Made by a program: the position numbers and the translations under genes. A DNA stretch of 64,000 nt from Leucoraja ocellata (taxonomy: Eukaryota): the NCBI GenBank assembly GCA_036785375.1, contig JAWMAR010000168.1, forward strand, positions 4,650,001 to 4,714,000. The letters run 5' to 3'. This document shows positions 61,831 through 64,000 of this stretch, piece after piece. The number at the start of each line of letters is the position of its first letter. Position 1 is the first letter of the stretch. Below the pieces are notes generated by a model that worked only from the letters and a program-made list of their open reading frames with translations, was not told the DNA's origin and did no database searches.

Positions 61831-64000
61831 GTACCAGAGCTCTCCATTACTTCGATTCAGCTGGTCCACTGGTACCATTTCAGCATAACAATTGTCAATC
61901 ATTTCTGTGAGGAAAGATGTATATTCATCATGAAATGTCTTATTCTTGCCAAACCTGCGTTGCAGGCTCCGGATGAGCTGCTCTGCAATGCAAGGGTTAT
62001 TTGGCATGCTGACTCTTTCCTCTTTGAAAGGTAAGTCTAGACAATAGTGTTCATCTCTCATCTTTGCTGAGCGATCCATAATATCCAAGAACTTTACCTC
62101 TTCTCTGGACATTGCCTCTGTTTCTGTGCTGGTCCTTTCATTGAAGTTGTGATTGTATTGCTTGACCAGTAGCTCCTCTAGGTTTACAATGGATATTCAA
62201 TTGGCAACAGCAGCAGGGTAGCCATTTTTATCCCTGGTGTCATTGAGACAATACTGGTGTGAGTCATCTATGGTCCCCTGAGCAGAGACTGTTCAGGGAA
62301 TCATAGGTGACACACCCCAGTATGGTCCAACCCTTTAGCTGTTGACTAGCTCCCAAGGTTCCAATACCTTTGAAGCATTTGTCCCAATGAGTAGGTCAAT
62401 GCCTGAGTCTATTTCAGGAATCTTGATATCCTTGAAGTAAAGCCATTGTTTCAGGTCTTCCTATCAGGGAATGTATAGCTGAGAAACTGGCATGGTCTTA
62501 TGTGTGAACACATCAGATAGCTGGATAAAATCATCTTTGTCCAGACTAGATATTTCCATACCTGAGATATGACGACTGATCACAGGCTTCACGGTTCATG
62601 GTACGCACCAGAATATTGGTCTGTTGGCCTGTATTGTTCAGCCTTCTCATCAAGCCTTCTATGCAAAAGCTAGTAGAACTTCCATGATCCAAACATGCGT
62701 ATGTTTGCAACACTGTGTCCCCCTTGTGGCTATTTACCTGTACTGGTACAATGGAGAAGATGCAGGTTTCTTCACCGGCCCCAATATGCCCACACATATG
62801 AGGTGTGGGAAGAAAATTACCCACAATTGGCTTCTCATTTTGCTCTGTATGCTCCAGCTTCTTCTTTTTGTTCTTTTGTTCAATGTAAAGTATTTCAGGA
62901 TGATTTTGGTTGCACACATCACAAGTCAAACGACTTGCAATCATTGTTCATGTGTCTTATCTTCAAACATCCAAAGCCCACTCCCTTCTCCTTTAGGAAG
63001 TCTATCCTTTCTCCGTGCCACTTCTTCTTGATTTGTGGACACCGCCCCAATGTGTGACTACATTTATTACAGAACAAACATGAACCTTGAGTATTGGTGT
63101 CGATACATTTCTTCTCATTCCACTTGTTGTCAGATTTTCTTGCACTGCTGTTCCTGCAGTTGTTGCAAAACTGTTTCCTCTTGGTCCCGACCTTTCTTTT
63201 GCTTTAGCAAAAGTAGAGCTATTGACAGTTGTGATTGGCCAAGCGTCCTGGATGTTTCCGAAAAGTGGCAGTATCTTCACTTGTCTCTCCAAGAAGTCTA
63301 CCAGGTCAAAACATTTAGCTCGATGTCCATGCTTTTCCTGTAGCTGACATGCCCTATCCCTCCACTTGTCTCTGAGCTTGCAAGGCAGTTTTAGAAGGAT
63401 AGTCTTCATATTGGAAGCAACATTCATTTCCTCCATATAGGTGAGATGTTCCATTGCATTGTGACAACTTCTAAGGAACAGTGAGAACGTTTGCAATGCC
63501 TTCACATCCTCTGATCACTGACCAGGCAAATGCCTTGACCATGTATGCAATGGCAATCTTATGTTCATTACCAAAGCAAAACTTATGTTAATTCTTTAAG
63601 CAGATCTTTTGCTCTTTGATAGACCTGGGTTGGAGGCAAATGTTGGCAACTGCGGACTAAGTCTTTTGGATACCCTCTTGTGTATTGCTCTAGAAAATGC
63701 AAACAATCACCCATAACATTAGTTTTTGTTTCCACTCCTCTCTCAAATGCCATGATGAAATCTTCATACTGCAAGGGATCACCATCATACACAGGAATGT
63801 CTCTTGGTGGTATAGAAGAGAGATTTTCTTGTGCCAGAAGAGCAGTGACGTCATTTTGCCTCTGCATCAGGTTCCAGATATCACCTTGGTTTCCATCATT
63901 CAGTACGGGGAGGATAGTGCGAACATGCCCCTGCACACCCTTTTTCATATGAGTCTACATTTTGCTTTTGAAGAGAGTATTGAGTTAGATGGGTCTTATC

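Larger units (their letters stand above)
58703..64000 (-). mobile_element. Degenerate BEL/Pao LTR retrotransposon (gag-PR-RT-RNaseH, integrase missing), continues beyond window
   Basis: Gag IPVYDGDPLQY...LEQYTRG, protease LDHGSS, RT LWYIPYHGV/VFDC/GPDLTN/ADIK/FGA/FYVDD, RNase H HFSDTSEGGY/WTDST/ENPAD. Confidence 0.92.

Noticed and set aside
1-64000. CRISPR arrays, operons or prokaryotic defence systems
   Set aside because: Vertebrate DNA; no regularly spaced repeat-spacer array or operon structure seen.

Overview
This is eukaryotic, repeat-rich genomic DNA, most likely from a cartilaginous fish (skate/ray-like), judged from HE1-type V-SINEs and CR1 tails ending in (CTATGTTT)n. The only host gene I can support is the 5' end of a stabilin gene on the minus strand (STAB1 favoured over STAB2): signal-peptide exon 1 at 6295-6387 and Cys-rich exon 2 at 3089-3222. 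The remaining ~57 kb upstream is a nested mosaic of CR1, Rex1/Babar, L2, Tx1 and RTE LINE fragments, tRNA-derived SINEs, Penelope-like elements, hAT and Harbinger MITEs, two tandem non-autonomous Helitrons and an integrase-deleted BEL/Pao LTR element. Most notable: (1) a Helitron carrying TATA(-30)/Inr, a 5'UTR hairpin and ATG|GTGAGT, pointing toward stabilin and frame-compatible with exon 2; (2) a ~135-nt SINE-like element headed by an HDV-like ribozyme fold; (3) about 20 or more Penelope-derived units with minimal hammerhead cores, often palindromic; (4) a ~100-bp copy of the stabilin proximal promoter inside a nearby CR1. Almost all ORFs in the supplied track are transposon remnants or noise. 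Boundaries of old repeats are approximate.
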